From Armatimonadota bacterium (GTDB taxonomy: Bacteria; Armatimonadota; UBA5829; DTLH01), in NCBI GenBank assembly GCA_038207085.1, contig JBBRAE010000003.1, forward strand, positions 108,383 through 172,382: 64,000 nt of DNA, read 5' to 3'. The translations under genes and the position numbers were made by a program. The notes below the pieces were generated by a model. The model saw only the letters and a program-made list of their open reading frames with translations, did no database searches and was not told the origin of the DNA. Shown in pieces: positions 48,657 through 59,831 of this stretch (its first letter is position 1; each line of letters begins with the position of its first letter).

Positions 48657-49430
48657 TTACAGCCTCGATTCTTCATTACGCCGCAGCGTTAAGATGTCAG
48701 GCCCCTGCCTAGTAATAGCCACTGTGTGCTCGAAGTGAGCGCTCAGCTTCTCGTCCGCCGTAACAATAGTCCAGCGGTCTTTCAGCTGAATCACTTCGAA
48801 CGTGCCCGCGTTGACCATAGGCTCAATCGCAAGAGTCATACCATCTTGCAGCGCAACGCTCTTCCCGGGCGTCCGGAAGTTCGGCACCTGTGGGTCCTCG
48901 TGCATCTGGGTTCCAATGCCGTGTCCCACAAGATCCCTCACGACCGAATAGCCGTGCTTCTCCGCATAATTCTGAATCGCCGCGCCGATGTCAACAAGCT
49001 TGTTGCCGACTCTCGCCTCCGCGATCCCTTTGAACAGAGCTTCACGAGTAACCTGCAGCAGTCGTTTTGCCTCCTCAGAGACTTCTCCGACCGCTACGGT
49101 CAAAGCGGAGTCACCGTGATAACCATCCACGATGGCCCCGATATCAATGCCTACAACGTCCCCGGACTGAATCACCCGTTCATCTGACGGTATTCCGTGC
49201 ACAACTTCTTCGTTGACAGCGACGCATACCGTGTTGGGGTATCCCCGGTAACCTTTGAAAGATGAGATGCCGCCGTGCTCGTTGATCACTTTCTCAGCAA
49301 GACGGTCCAGGTCAAGAGTTGTGGTCTTGCCCGGAACGATCGATGCCTCGAGCACCTCAAGTGTGCGGGCGACAACCTGCCCAGCTACACGCATCTTTTC
49401 AATTTCCGCAGGCTTCTTAATCTTTATCAT
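48657..49430 (-). CDS. map: Methionine aminopeptidase type I
   Basis: NEEVVHGIP, GHGIG, IEPMVN and SAHFEHT. Confidence 0.96.
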   Translation of the reverse strand: MIKIKKPAEIEKMRVAGQVVARTLEVLEASIVPGKTTTLDLDRLAEKVINEHGGISSFKGYRGYPNTVCVAVNEEVVHGIPSDERVIQSGDVVGIDIGAIVDGYHGDSALTVAVGEVSEEAKRLLQVTREALFKGIAEARVGNKLVDIGAAIQNYAEKHGYSVVRDLVGHGIGTQMHEDPQVPNFRTPGKSVALQDGMTLAIEPMVNAGTFEVIQLKDRWTIVTADEKLSAHFEHTVAITRQGPDILTLRRNEESRL

Positions 49431-50062
49431 TTCGTCAGAGCAGCTGAAACCTTCTCAAACACACTCTCTATGCTCCCAGTCGCGTCGATCTCAGCAAGAA
49501 TACCTTTCTGCCGATAGTAATCGAGCACGGGAGACGTCTGCTTCTGATAGACACACAGCCGGTTTTGCACAGCCTCAGCAGTGTCGTCAGCCCGTTGCAC
49601 GATCTGTCCGCCGCAAGCGTCACAGCCGGAGGCGTCACCCATAGTCGACACCATGAACGGCTTCCCACAGCCGCTGCACACCCGCCGCCCAGAGAGTCGC
49701 TGTATGAGGTCCTTATCGGGAACACTCAGGCTTACAACCGCTTCAAGCGGCTTGTCAATCTCCGCGAGCATCGCGTCAAGCGCCTCGGCCTGAGCAACGG
49801 TCCTCGGAAAGCCGTCGAACATAGACCCGGCGTCTCCAAGATTCCCAAGCTTCTGCTTTGCAATCTCAATAACAACCGAGTCAGGTACAAGCTCGCCCTT
49901 CGTCATATAACCCTGGGCGAGTTTTCCCACCTCCGTACCTTTTGCAACAGCCTCTCGAAGGATATCCCCCGTCGACACATGCGCCGGTCCAAACTTCTTA
50001 CTCAGCAGTCCCGCCTGGGTGCCTTTTCCGGCCCCAGGCGGTCCAAATAGTACGATCCGCAT
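49427..50062 (-). CDS. adk: Adenylate kinase (Cys4 LID)
   Basis: GPPGAGKGTQA, DGFPRT and CSGC...CDAC. Start could be 50071. Confidence 0.95.
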   Translation of the reverse strand: MRIVLFGPPGAGKGTQAGLLSKKFGPAHVSTGDILREAVAKGTEVGKLAQGYMTKGELVPDSVVIEIAKQKLGNLGDAGSMFDGFPRTVAQAEALDAMLAEIDKPLEAVVSLSVPDKDLIQRLSGRRVCSGCGKPFMVSTMGDASGCDACGGQIVQRADDTAEAVQNRLCVYQKQTSPVLDYYRQKGILAEIDATGSIESVFEKVSAALTK

Positions 50063-50113
50063 ACGACTCATATCCAAGGTGGAGAGTATTGAACTCTCCA
50101 CCGGCTCCATTTC

Positions 50114-51397
50114 TTACTTGATAAAGCCTTCGTAGTGTCTCATCAAAAGCTGAGACTCGATGGCCTGCATTGTCTCAAGAGCTACACCAACCACGATCAG
50201 AAGCGATGTGCCTCCAAGCAGGCTGAATGAGTTCCCAACCCCAACCCATGTCGGCAGATAGTACTGCGCGAGGGCGATGGTCGCAAGGAAAAGCGCTCCA
50301 GCAAGGGTGATCCTGGTCATAACCTTGTCCAGGTACTCCATTGTCGGTTTCCCCGGCCTGATGCCTGGGATAAAGCTTCCCCACTTCTTCAGGTTTTCAG
50401 CAACCTCCGGCACGTTGAACGACACCGCAGTATAGAAATACGTGAAGAAGATTACCAACAGCGCATACATAATCGTCCCGACGATATGCCCACTGGGCCC
50501 AGGAGTAAATATCCTGGTCACATTCTGAAGCGTCTCGCCGATACCGGTCTTTGGAAGGAATCCCGCGATCGTTGCAGGGAAATACTGCAGAGAGATCGCA
50601 AAGATGATCGGAATAACTCCAGCGGAGTTAATCTTGAGCGGCAGATACGACTGCTGCCCGCCGTAGACCTTGTTTCCTACTACGCGCTTGACGTGCTGGA
50701 TCGGAATCTTTCTCTGCGCCTGAGTCACAGCGACGATTGCCATAACGGTAGCGACAAAGGAGATCACCAAAAGAACAACGTTCCACCAGTGGATCGTCCC
50801 GGCCTCGAGCCTCGCCCCGACACCAACAAACTGTGAAGGCAGACTCGCTACGATTCCCGCAAAGATAATGATCGACACGCCGTTTCCGATGCCCTTGTCG
50901 GTGATCTGCTCACCAAGCCACATCAGAAAAGCTGTTCCCGCGGTCAGAGTGATCACGACCTGCAGGCGGGCAAAAAAGCCCGGGAACTCGACTCCCATCC
51001 CACTAAGCCATGCGGTCATACCCCAGGCCTGAAGGAAAGCAAGTCCACCGGTCATCCACCGGGTCCATAGTCTGATCTTCTTCTGTCCGGGCTCACCCTC
51101 TTTAGCAAGCTGTTCAAGCTGTGGAAGCGCCATAGTCAGAAGCTGCATAATGATCGATGCGTTGATGTAGGGAGTGATTCCCATCGCAAAGATCGTGAAC
51201 TTCTTAAACGCACCACCCGTGAACGCATTAAAAAGGTCAAGCAGGCCGCCGGCCCCCTTGAGCTTCTCCATCGCCTCGGCGCTTACAGCCAGCGGAATAT
51301 GCAATCCGATGACGTAAACAGCGAACATCGCGAAAACGAACAGTATTCGCTTTTTGAGGTCCGGTACCCGGAACGCCGCAAGAACTGATGTTAACAT
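50114..51397 (-). CDS. secY: Preprotein translocase subunit SecY
   Basis: MGITPYINASII, GIGNGVS, FIPGIRPG and GGTSLLIVVGV. Confidence 0.97.
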   Translation of the reverse strand: MLTSVLAAFRVPDLKKRILFVFAMFAVYVIGLHIPLAVSAEAMEKLKGAGGLLDLFNAFTGGAFKKFTIFAMGITPYINASIIMQLLTMALPQLEQLAKEGEPGQKKIRLWTRWMTGGLAFLQAWGMTAWLSGMGVEFPGFFARLQVVITLTAGTAFLMWLGEQITDKGIGNGVSIIIFAGIVASLPSQFVGVGARLEAGTIHWWNVVLLVISFVATVMAIVAVTQAQRKIPIQHVKRVVGNKVYGGQQSYLPLKINSAGVIPIIFAISLQYFPATIAGFLPKTGIGETLQNVTRIFTPGPSGHIVGTIMYALLVIFFTYFYTAVSFNVPEVAENLKKWGSFIPGIRPGKPTMEYLDKVMTRITLAGALFLATIALAQYYLPTWVGVGNSFSLLGGTSLLIVVGVALETMQAIESQLLMRHYEGFIK

Positions 51398-51837
51398 TAA
51401 AGTAACTCCGTGCTCCCGCCTGCCGCTTTAATCTTCTCCTCTGCGGCCTTGCTGAACTTGTGCGCCTTGACCGTAAGATTCTTAGTCAATTCGCCTTCCG
51501 CAAGCACCTTAAGCCCACTTTCGAGCTTCTTTATTATGCCAAACTCAATAAGCATATCTGGATCGACAACCGTGCCAGCATCAAACTGCTCAAGCGTTTC
51601 CAGGTTGACGAGTGCGAAATACTTCTTAAATCTATCGTTATTGAATCCTCTGGCATGAGGCAGTCTGCGATGAAGCGGAGTCTGCCCACCTTCGAACCCT
51701 ACCCGAACGTGGTTTCTGGCCTTCTGGCCTTTAGCACCCTTGCCCGCAGTCTTGCCCTGTCCGGTTCCAATACCGCGTCCAATGCGCTTGCGAGTCTTGC
51801 TCTGGCCAGCTACTGGTTTAAGATCTGCCAGTTTCAT
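51397..51837 (-). CDS. rplO: 50S ribosomal protein L15
   Basis: RIGRGIGTG and [14 protein letters not shown]. Confidence 0.96.
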   Translation of the reverse strand: MKLADLKPVAGQSKTRKRIGRGIGTGQGKTAGKGAKGQKARNHVRVGFEGGQTPLHRRLPHARGFNNDRFKKYFALVNLETLEQFDAGTVVDPDMLIEFGIIKKLESGLKVLAEGELTKNLTVKAHKFSKAAEEKIKAAGGSTELL

Positions 51838-51838
51838 C

Positions 51839-52033
51839 CTACTTGCCCTCCACCGGCTCATCGAGCCGTTCGACCTCGACCAGATGGGTTATCTTGCGAA
51901 TCATGCCGAGGATATCATCGGTCTCCTGCTGGACGACAACCGAGCCAAGCTTACCCAGGCCAAGCGACCTGACGGTTCGCCGTTGCTTGTCGTTATATCC
52001 AGCCAAGCTCCTTTTTAGTGTTATTTTAATCAT
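51839..52033 (-). CDS. rpmD: 50S ribosomal protein L30
   Basis: [14 protein letters not shown] and [10 protein letters not shown]. Confidence 0.93.
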   Translation of the reverse strand: MIKITLKRSLAGYNDKQRRTVRSLGLGKLGSVVVQQETDDILGMIRKITHLVEVERLDEPVEGK

Positions 52034-52077
52034 CTGTCCGATAGTCCTCACAAATCATGTGACGCTTCAAAGAACGT

Positions 52078-52665
52078 CTACTCAGCGGCTACGGTAGCCG
52101 TATCCTCTTCAGTGTCAACAGGCGTCGGGGCGGGACCTGCGCCGGTATCAAGCAGCTTTGCCATCCACGGCACCATCTCCTCGATCCTCTTGCCACGCAG
52201 TGCCGCTACGTCTTTCGCCCTCTTCAGCCTCTTCAGGCCTTCGATGGTCGCCCAAGCGGTATTTACGGGGTTGCCGGAGCCCATGCTCTTTGCAAGGACG
52301 TCCCTGACGCCACCAAGCTCAAGGATCGGCCGAACCGCACCACCAGCCACTACCCCGGTTCCGGGGCTTGCTGGCTTCATCATAACCTTGGACGCGCCCA
52401 TTTTGACCACGATCTCATGAGGAAGCGTGTCGTTGATGATCGGGATCTCGATGATGTTCTTCTTAGCAGCCTCAATACCTTTGCGTATTGCATCGGGAAT
52501 AGCACGAGCCTTGCCAAGACCTACACCAACGTGTCCTGCTCTGTCGCCAACGGCTACGAGCACGCTCCAAGAGAGTGTTCGTCCACCCTTGTGTGTCTTC
52601 TGTACTTTGTTTGTCCGGATAACCTGCTCCGCCAAATCGAGCGTGTCCGGATTGATTCTAGGCAT
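52078..52665 (-). CDS. rpsE: 30S ribosomal protein S5
   Basis: KGGR and KPASPGTGVVAGG. Confidence 0.96.
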   Translation of the reverse strand: MPRINPDTLDLAEQVIRTNKVQKTHKGGRTLSWSVLVAVGDRAGHVGVGLGKARAIPDAIRKGIEAAKKNIIEIPIINDTLPHEIVVKMGASKVMMKPASPGTGVVAGGAVRPILELGGVRDVLAKSMGSGNPVNTAWATIEGLKRLKRAKDVAALRGKRIEEMVPWMAKLLDTGAGPAPTPVDTEEDTATVAAE

Positions 52666-52675
52666 ATATATTCTC

Positions 52676-53035
52676 CTAAAACTCCAGCCCGGTTTCACGC
52701 GCAGCATCGGCGAGCGACTGGACCCGGCCGTGATACTTATAGCCGCCGCGATCGAAGACGACCTGTTTGATCCCCTTTTCGATCGCTCGCTTAGCTACCA
52801 GTTCTCCAACGGCCTTTGCAGCTTCACTGTTGCCGCCGGACTTAAACTTGCCCTTCAACTCCGCATCTATGGTTGAAGCGGACACCAAAGTCACCGCCTG
52901 GGAATCATCTATAAGCTGAGCGTAAATATTCTCCAAGCTGCGATAAACGTTCAGCCTCGGTTTTTCCGAGGTTCCGTTAACTTTTTTCCTGACTCTTGAA
53001 TGGCGCTTTAGCCTTAGCGCCTCTCTTTTTTCCAT
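52676..53035 (-). CDS. rplR: 50S ribosomal protein L18
   Basis: PRLNVYRS and [13 protein letters not shown]. Confidence 0.96.
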   Translation of the reverse strand: MEKREALRLKRHSRVRKKVNGTSEKPRLNVYRSLENIYAQLIDDSQAVTLVSASTIDAELKGKFKSGGNSEAAKAVGELVAKRAIEKGIKQVVFDRGGYKYHGRVQSLADAARETGLEF

Positions 53036-53121
53036 TAAGTTTCTCCTGAGTAACGGCGGTGAACTGCGAGCTGTGGGGGCTTACCACACGACCCTCGCCC
53101 ACCGCCGATCAATCTCTAAGC

Positions 53122-53685
53122 TTACTTGCTGCCAGCCTTACCTTGCTTACCAGCCTTGCGTCTGACGTATTCGCCTCTGTAGCGAATGCCTTTACCCTTG
53201 TAGGGCTCCGGCGGTTTGACGCGGCGGATCTCAGCGGACTGCTGACCAACGATCTGCTTGTCAATTCCTCTTACGACGACGAAAGGCATCCTGGTGCCGA
53301 CGTCCTGACCAACCTCGAACTCAACTCCGGGTTTCGGCTCCACTACCACGGGATGGCTGAAACCAATCTGCATAATGAGCTTCTTATCTTCGATCGCAGC
53401 ACGGTAACCCACGCCTCTGATCTCAAGAATCTTCTCATAGCCTTTGGTAACGCCCTCAACCATGTTTGCTAGCAGCGCCCTGGTCAGTCCGTGCAGTGCG
53501 CGGTGGTCCCTCTGGTCGCTCGGTCGCTCAACGAGCACCTGGCTGTCCTCCATCCGGATTGTAATATCCTGATGAAACGACTGTGTGAGCTCACCCTTTG
53601 GGCCCTTCACCGTCACGGTATGATCATCCATCAATACCTGCACTCCTGCAGGAATATCGATGGGCATTCTGCCTATTCTCGACAT
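53122..53685 (-). CDS. rplF: 50S ribosomal protein L6
   Basis: [13 protein letters not shown] and [11 protein letters not shown]. Confidence 0.97.
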   Translation of the reverse strand: MSRIGRMPIDIPAGVQVLMDDHTVTVKGPKGELTQSFHQDITIRMEDSQVLVERPSDQRDHRALHGLTRALLANMVEGVTKGYEKILEIRGVGYRAAIEDKKLIMQIGFSHPVVVEPKPGVEFEVGQDVGTRMPFVVVRGIDKQIVGQQSAEIRRVKPPEPYKGKGIRYRGEYVRRKAGKQGKAGSK

Positions 53686-53746
53686 TTGTAACTTTCCTCC
53701 AAGTCAATGCGCGCAGTATGCCGAAGCACTTACACGCAGCGACAGC

Positions 53747-54145
53747 CTACCAGACGTAACAGAGAACCTCGCCGCCAATGCCACTGCGTCGTGCTTCTCG
53801 GTCGGTCATCACACCCTTTGAGGTGCTGACAATCGCGATCCCGAGACCACGAAGCACTCTGGGCACTTCGTCCCGCTTGGCATACACGCGCAGACCGGGC
53901 TTACTAACCCGCTTGAGGTTAGTAATAACCTTGTCTCTGCGCTGACTGTACTTAAGCTGGATCCTGACGGTCGGGAACTTTGCGTCCTTGGCCATCTCAA
54001 AACCCTTGATGAAGCCCTCTGACTGAAGAATCCTGACGATCTCCATGCTGAGCTTCGATGCCGGAGCCTCGACTGTATCGTGATTCGCCCCGTTTGCATT
54101 CCGGATGCGAGTCAGGAGGTCGGCAACTGGATCCGTAACATTCAT
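53747..54145 (-). CDS. rpsH: 30S ribosomal protein S8
   Basis: [21 protein letters not shown] and GGEVLCYVW. Confidence 0.97.
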   Translation of the reverse strand: MNVTDPVADLLTRIRNANGANHDTVEAPASKLSMEIVRILQSEGFIKGFEMAKDAKFPTVRIQLKYSQRRDKVITNLKRVSKPGLRVYAKRDEVPRVLRGLGIAIVSTSKGVMTDREARRSGIGGEVLCYVW

Positions 54146-54181
54146 TAACAATCCTCCCACGAGCTGACGCCACAAAGCCTT

Positions 54182-54210
54182 ATTATACAGCTTCGGCCGC
54201 CTCCCGTCAA
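54182..54210 (-). promoter_or_regulatory. Near-consensus sigma70 promoter between rpsN and rpsH
   Basis: Minus strand TTGACG-17 nt-TATAAT. Confidence 0.75.
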
Positions 54211-54298
54211 GACATCTGCTGTCAACTGTTAGCTATTAGCTGCCAGGCGCCGTGTGGGCGGCCCAGCAGCTAAATGCAAACAGCTAAAAGCTCTAAAA

Positions 54299-54484
54299 CT
54301 ACCAGCTGGATTTTGTCACTCCAGGGATAAGCCCCTTGTGTGACATCTCCCGGAAGCAGATGCGGCAGAGACCGAAGTTTCGGATGTATCCTCGCGGACG
54401 GCCGCAAATGTTGCATCGGTTATACCCGCGCACCTTGAACTTAGGTTTGCGCTGTGCCTTCTCAATTAAAGCCTGCTTTGCCAA
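54299..54484 (-). CDS. rpsN: 30S ribosomal protein S14 type Z
   Basis: 61 aa, RCNICGRPR...LCRICFR...SSW. Confidence 0.97.
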   Translation of the reverse strand: MAKQALIEKAQRKPKFKVRGYNRCNICGRPRGYIRNFGLCRICFREMSHKGLIPGVTKSSW

Positions 54485-56551
54485 CTACTCCTCCTTGGCC
54501 TTCTTCGTTTGCTCAATAATCTGCTGAGCTGTACTGGCCGGAACCTCCTCGTAGTGCGAGAAGGTGGCCTTGAAAGTGCCTCTTCCACGGGCGATGGACC
54601 GGAGATCTATCGCATATCTGAGCATCTCTGCCTGTGGAACACTGGCTTTGATCCTCTGCTTGTGACCGATCGGTTCCATGCCCACAATCCTGCCCCGTTT
54701 TCCGTTGATGTCACTGATCACGTCGCCCATATATTCTTCAGGAACGACGACCTCGACCTCAAGCACGGGCTCAAGAATAACCGGATTCGCCTTGGCTGCG
54801 GCTGCCTGGAAACCCAGGACCCCCGCAAGCTGGAAGGCCATATCCGATGAGTCCACATTATGAAACGAACCGTCATAGACGGTTGCCCTAACGTCTACCA
54901 CAGGGTTCCCCGCAAGGATTCCCCTGCCAAGGGCTTCATGAATCCCTTTGTCAACTGACGGAATCCACTGCCTCGGGATCGAGCCGCCGACAATCGCGTC
55001 GACGAACAGGTAACCCGCACCTCTTTCCTGGGGCTCAAGACGAACCCAGGCATCACCAAACTGTCCGCGTCCACCGGTCTGCTTCTTGTGCCTACCCTGC
55101 GCCTCAGACATCTTGGTGATCGTCTCACGAAACGCCACCTTCGGAGTGCTGGTCACGACCTCAACTCCGAACTTTCTCTTCAGCCTGTCGTGAACGATAT
55201 CGAGATGAGTGTCGCCAAGCCCGGAGATCAGTGTCTGACCGGTCTCAGCGCCACGCTGAGTCTTAAACGTCGGGTCCTCATCTGCGAGTTTCCCAAGCGC
55301 CGGACCGAGTTTGTCTTCGTCAGCCTTGGTCTTTGCGCTGATAGCAAGTGAGTACACCGGCTCCGGGTACTCAATCGCTGGAAAGGTGATCGGCTTTGCC
55401 TTGTCGCAAAGCGTGTCGCCAGTTCCGGTCTCGGCAAGTTTTGCAACTGCGCCGATGTCCCCAGCCGTCACCTCAGAGGTCGCCTCCTGGTGTTTGCCAC
55501 GCAGGAGATAAACCTGCCCAACACGCTCCTCACGCCCCTTGCTGCTGTTCAAGACGGTCGAGTCGCTCTTGAGCGCTCCCGAATAAACCCTGAAATAGGT
55601 AAGCTTACCTACATAAGGGTCCGCCATCGTCTTGAAGACAAGCGCGGAGAACGGACCATCAGCGGTCCTGGTCTCCTCTTTGTCTCCATGAGCGATTCCC
55701 GTTACCGCGCCGACTTCGGACGGGTACGGAGTTTCCTTTACGATAAAGTCCAGAAGCATCGTAAGCCCGATCTGCTTTAAACCAGACCCGCAGAGCACAG
55801 GACACACTTTGCCGTCGCGGACGCCAATCTCAAGCGCTGACTTTACCTCTTCGGCGGTGAGTTCTTCACCATCGAGATATTTCAGCGTAAGCTCGTCGTC
55901 GGTCTCTGCGACCACTTCGACAAGCGCCTCATGGAACTGACCGATCTGCGCCTGCATATCAGCAGGAATCGGCATCTCACTTGGCTTTCCTCCTGCGAAG
56001 GAGTAAGCCTTCATACCGATGATGTCGACCAGTCCACTAAACGAGTCCTCTGAGCCGATCGGTATCTGCACCGGCACGACACTTCGACCAAATACACTCT
56101 GGAGCTGCTCGACAACTTGGAAATAATCCGCGTTTTCACGCTCCATCTTGTTGACAAAGAACACTTTGGCCGCTGATCTCGCGCTGGCATAGTCCCAGCC
56201 CGTCTCAGTTCCGACCTCAACGCCACCTACGGCGTCTACGACGATCAAAGCCGTCTCGGCGACTCTAAGCGCCCCGATCACATCACCGACAAAGTCCGGG
56301 TAACCCGGAGTGTCGATCAGGTTGATCTTCGCGTTATTCCACTCACACGGAGCGAGTGCCGCATTGATACTTATTTTCCGTTTAATTTCATCGGGATCAT
56401 AGTCAGTGGTGGATGAACCATCATCCACCTTGCCAAGCCTGTCAATGGCACCGCCATTGAACAATAGAGCCTCTACGAGCGACGTTTTCCCAGCGCCGCT
56501 ATGACCAACTACCGCCACGTTCCGAATTGCTTCAATTGAATACTTGTTCAT
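54485..56551 (-). CDS. Elongation factor G paralogue (EF-G II / FusA2-like)
   Basis: Five-domain EF-G layout with variant GTPase motifs GHSGAGKTS, RKISI, DTPGY and NKME. HKKQTGGRGQFG and YDGSFHNVDSS present. Confidence 0.9.
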   Translation of the reverse strand: MNKYSIEAIRNVAVVGHSGAGKTSLVEALLFNGGAIDRLGKVDDGSSTTDYDPDEIKRKISINAALAPCEWNNAKINLIDTPGYPDFVGDVIGALRVAETALIVVDAVGGVEVGTETGWDYASARSAAKVFFVNKMERENADYFQVVEQLQSVFGRSVVPVQIPIGSEDSFSGLVDIIGMKAYSFAGGKPSEMPIPADMQAQIGQFHEALVEVVAETDDELTLKYLDGEELTAEEVKSALEIGVRDGKVCPVLCGSGLKQIGLTMLLDFIVKETPYPSEVGAVTGIAHGDKEETRTADGPFSALVFKTMADPYVGKLTYFRVYSGALKSDSTVLNSSKGREERVGQVYLLRGKHQEATSEVTAGDIGAVAKLAETGTGDTLCDKAKPITFPAIEYPEPVYSLAISAKTKADEDKLGPALGKLADEDPTFKTQRGAETGQTLISGLGDTHLDIVHDRLKRKFGVEVVTSTPKVAFRETITKMSEAQGRHKKQTGGRGQFGDAWVRLEPQERGAGYLFVDAIVGGSIPRQWIPSVDKGIHEALGRGILAGNPVVDVRATVYDGSFHNVDSSDMAFQLAGVLGFQAAAAKANPVILEPVLEVEVVVPEEYMGDVISDINGKRGRIVGMEPIGHKQRIKASVPQAEMLRYAIDLRSIARGRGTFKATFSHYEEVPASTAQQIIEQTKKAKEE

Positions 56552-56592
56552 CTAGTGGCCATCCCTTCCGTCCTCTTTCTCAAGAGTTAAGT

Positions 56593-57135
56593 TCAGGACT
56601 GTCTAAACGGCATACCAAGCGATTTCAGTAGAATCTTGCCCTCTTCATCGGTCTTAGCAGTCGTCGTGATGATAATATCCATCCCACGCGTCCTGTCGAC
56701 TTTATCATAGTCGATCTCCGGGAACACAAGCTGTTCCTTGAGACCCATTGCAAAATTCCCGCGACCGTCAAACGAGTTAGGGTTGACTCCACCGAAGTCG
56801 CGGACTCGGGGGAGTGTTATGTTGAAGAACCTGTCAAGGAACTCCCACATCTTATCGCCGCGAAGCGTCACTTTGCAGCCAATGCGCATACCTTCCCTGA
56901 TCTTGAAGTTCGAGATCGACTTCTTTGCCCGGGTGACGATCGGCTTCTGGCCTGAAATGATCGCCATGTCGTTCACGGCTGCATCGAGCTGCTTCGTGTC
57001 CGTAACGGCTGCGCCGACACCCATATTGATAACGACCTTGTTCACCGTGGGAACCATCATAATGTTCTTATAGTTGAAGGTCTTCATCATATTGGCGACG
57101 ACTTCGTCTTTATACTTGTCCTTCATTCGTGGCAT
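56593..57135 (-). CDS. rplE: 50S ribosomal protein L5
   Basis: INMGVG, LPRVRDF, FDGRGN and FPEIDYD. Confidence 0.97.
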   Translation of the reverse strand: MPRMKDKYKDEVVANMMKTFNYKNIMMVPTVNKVVINMGVGAAVTDTKQLDAAVNDMAIISGQKPIVTRAKKSISNFKIREGMRIGCKVTLRGDKMWEFLDRFFNITLPRVRDFGGVNPNSFDGRGNFAMGLKEQLVFPEIDYDKVDRTRGMDIIITTTAKTDEEGKILLKSLGMPFRQS

Positions 57136-57148
57136 TCGAAGCGTCTCC

Positions 57149-57520
57149 TTATGCGTCTATCAGCTCATGGCACTTGCTGCAGCGCCTTGTCTTCGTTCCG
57201 TCGTTTGTAGTGCCTGAGCCAATCCTTGTGGGCTTGCTGCACTTCGGACAAACGAGCATAACCTTGCCCACAGTAACGGGCGCAGGCATATGAATCAAGC
57301 CGGTCTGGGTATTTGGGGTAGCTCTTGTAGCTCTCCCGGCTTTCTGGTGCTTTGTGACCACGTTGACGCCATCGATGATGACTCTGCCCTCATCCGGAAT
57401 CGTCTCAATGATCTTGCCTTGCTTTCCCTTGTCTTTGCCGGAAAGCACGATTACCAGATCGCCCCGTCTCAGACGCACCCGACCTTCGTATTTTGGTTTG
57501 TTCTGTCCAAATTTTCTCAT
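57149..57520 (-). CDS. rplX: 50S ribosomal protein L24
   Basis: KOW motif [16 protein letters not shown]. Start taken at MRKFG after AGAGG. Confidence 0.93.
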   Translation of the reverse strand: MRKFGQNKPKYEGRVRLRRGDLVIVLSGKDKGKQGKIIETIPDEGRVIIDGVNVVTKHQKAGRATRATPNTQTGLIHMPAPVTVGKVMLVCPKCSKPTRIGSGTTNDGTKTRRCSKCHELIDA

Positions 57521-57612
57521 AGTTCGCATCCTCTTGGGCATGGGTCATGGGTCACGGGTCCTGGAACCACAATCGGTTCCCTGTCCCTGGCCCATGCCCC
57601 AGCCCAGAAACC

Positions 57613-57981
57613 CTAGAGTACCTCCGGCGCGAGCGATACGATTCGCATAAAGTTCTTATCGCGAAGCTCTCGCGCGACCGGGCCGAAGATCCTCGTGCCG
57701 CGGGGCTCGTTGGCGTTGTTAACGACGACCGCTGCGTTCTCATCAAAGCGCAGGATCGAGCCATCGCGCCTATGGATGTCATTCTTGGTCCGAACGACAA
57801 CTGCCCGCACGACATCGCCTTTTTTGACGGTCGCGCCAGGAGTCGCAGACTTGACGGCGCCAATGATGATGTCGCCTACGTCCGCGTAGTGGCCGTTCGA
57901 GCCCTTCATAACCCTGATGCACAGGATCTCCTTAGCCCCGGAGTTATCCGCGGACCTAAGCCGCGTGTATGGTTGTATCAT
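57613..57981 (-). CDS. rplN: 50S ribosomal protein L14
   Basis: [18 protein letters not shown] and SLAPEVL. Confidence 0.97.
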   Translation of the reverse strand: MIQPYTRLRSADNSGAKEILCIRVMKGSNGHYADVGDIIIGAVKSATPGATVKKGDVVRAVVVRTKNDIHRRDGSILRFDENAAVVVNNANEPRGTRIFGPVARELRDKNFMRIVSLAPEVL

Positions 57982-58067
57982 TCCAGTAACCTCAGTTCAG
58001 AGTTCAGAGTATTCGAGTTCAGAGTAGAGAGACAGAAGCGTAACACTCTGCACTCCGCACTCCGAAT

Positions 58068-58325
58068 CTACTTAGCTTTTTCGACGATCCTGGACACGCG
58101 CCAGCGCTTCTCTCTGGACAGGGGTCTGGTTTCTACGATCTCTACCGTATCTCCCTCACCCGCACTGTTGGTCTCGTCATGCGCCTTAAACTTGGTAGTC
58201 TTGCGCATAATCTTGCCATACAGCGGGTGACGGACCAGAGTCTCGATGGCCACAACGACCGTCTTGTCCATTTTGTCGCTTACAACGCGACCGGCGCGAA
58301 CTTTTCTTCGACCTCTTTCGCTCAT
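58068..58325 (-). CDS. rpsQ: 30S ribosomal protein S17
   Basis: [17 protein letters not shown] and ETRPLS. Confidence 0.97.
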   Translation of the reverse strand: MSERGRRKVRAGRVVSDKMDKTVVVAIETLVRHPLYGKIMRKTTKFKAHDETNSAGEGDTVEIVETRPLSREKRWRVSRIVEKAK

Positions 58326-58549
58326 GCCTTGGCCTGTTCTCCTGCTTCAGAAAGCTCTATCTGCCTTGCGACAGTAAGAATTCGCGCTATCTTCTTGCGC
58401 GACTCCCGAATGGCGATCTTATTTGTGAGCTGCTGCATAGCTGCCTGCTGTCGGAGCAAATAAAGGTTCTTGCGCTCCTCGGCAAGCACTGTCTCCAGCT
58501 CTTTACTCGTGCTCTGCTGAAGTTGCCGCTTCGATTCCGACTGCTTCAC
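58322..58549 (-). CDS. rpmC: 50S ribosomal protein L29
   Basis: Helical hairpin with [13 protein letters not shown], located between rplP and rpsQ. Confidence 0.88.
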   Translation of the reverse strand: MKQSESKRQLQQSTSKELETVLAEERKNLYLLRQQAAMQQLTNKIAIRESRKKIARILTVARQIELSEAGEQAKA

Positions 58550-58970
58550 TTATCTCACTCTGCTCTTTCCTGGTGAAAAACCTGACCTTGATAGGCAGCT
58601 TATGCGACGCAAGTCTCATAGCTTCCTTGGCCAGTTCGACGGGCACTCCGGACATCTCAAAGAGCATCCGGCCCGGCTTGACAACGGCGACCCAGACTTC
58701 TGGAGCGCCCTTTCCGCTTCCCATTCGGGTTTCAGCAGGCTTCTTCGAAACCGGCTTATCCGGGAAGACGCGGATCCAAATCTGTCCGCCTCGCTTGATG
58801 TGTCTAGTCATCGCAACACGAGCGGCTTCGATCTGGTTTGACGTCAGCCAGCAGCTCTCGAGGGCCTGCAGTCCGTACTCACCAAAATCGATCTTGTTTC
58901 CCGAGTTGGCCTTACCGGCCCTGGACCCACGATGCACCTTGCGATGCTTGACCTTTTTCGGCATTAACAT
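58503..58970 (-). CDS. rplP: 50S ribosomal protein L16
   Basis: [13 protein letters not shown] and ETRMGSGKG. Confidence 0.97.
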   Translation of the reverse strand: MLMPKKVKHRKVHRGSRAGKANSGNKIDFGEYGLQALESCWLTSNQIEAARVAMTRHIKRGGQIWIRVFPDKPVSKKPAETRMGSGKGAPEVWVAVVKPGRMLFEMSGVPVELAKEAMRLASHKLPIKVRFFTRKEQSEISEAVGIEAATSAEHE

Positions 58971-58973
58971 GAC

Positions 58974-59831
58974 TTACGCGCTGCCTCCTCTACCGCCACG
59001 GCCACCTGCGCCGCCGCGACCACCTGCACCACCTGCACCACCGGGACCGCCGCCGCGTCCTTGGAAGCCGCCACGGCCACGGTCACCACCGCGTCCACCG
59101 CCACCGCCTCTTGGACCGCGGTCATCGCGGCGCCGTCTCTCGCCAATCTCTCTGCGGCGAGCTTCCATTATCTGCTCTTCCGTCATCTCAACCTTGCGCT
59201 GACCAGGAAGAATGTCGCCTCGGTATATCCAGACCTTTATGCCGATGTGGCCATAGGTCGTCTTAGCTTCAGCGAATCCATAATCTATGTCTGCACGAAG
59301 AGTCTGAAGCGGAATCTTTCCCGCTCTGTCGATTTCAACACGTGCCATCTCAGCGCCACCAAGGCGTCCGGCGCACCGGATTCTGATGCCCTTGGAGCCC
59401 ATCCGCATGGTCCGCAGAATCGCCTGCTTCATCGCTCTTTTGTGAGCGATTCGCTTCTCGATCTGCTGTGCGATCGACTCGGATACCAGCTGAGCGTCAA
59501 GCTCCGGCTGGCGAACCTCTTCGACCGCAACGTGGACCTGCTTGCCGCCGGTCAGCTTCGTGATCTGATCACGAAGTTCGTCGACGCCCTTGCCACCGCG
59601 TCCGATAATGATACCGGGCTTGGCGGTGTGGATCATCAACTTGACCCGACCGGGGGACCGCTCGATCTCAATTCTGGAGATCGCCGCGATCGACAGCTTA
59701 TTTTTGATAAACTTCCGAAGCTTTGCGTCCTCAGCAATGAGAGCGCCCATCTCCTTGGTAGCATACCAGCGGCTGTCCCAGTCGCGGAAAACTCCAACGC
59801 GATATCCTATTGGGTGAATCTTCTGTCCCAA
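58974..59831 (-). CDS. rpsC: 30S ribosomal protein S3 with Gly/Arg-rich tail
   Basis: [30 protein letters not shown] and [11 protein letters not shown]. Confidence 0.97.
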   Translation of the reverse strand: MGQKIHPIGYRVGVFRDWDSRWYATKEMGALIAEDAKLRKFIKNKLSIAAISRIEIERSPGRVKLMIHTAKPGIIIGRGGKGVDELRDQITKLTGGKQVHVAVEEVRQPELDAQLVSESIAQQIEKRIAHKRAMKQAILRTMRMGSKGIRIRCAGRLGGAEMARVEIDRAGKIPLQTLRADIDYGFAEAKTTYGHIGIKVWIYRGDILPGQRKVEMTEEQIMEARRREIGERRRRDDRGPRGGGGGRGGDRGRGGFQGRGGGPGGAGGAGGRGGAGGRGGRGGSA

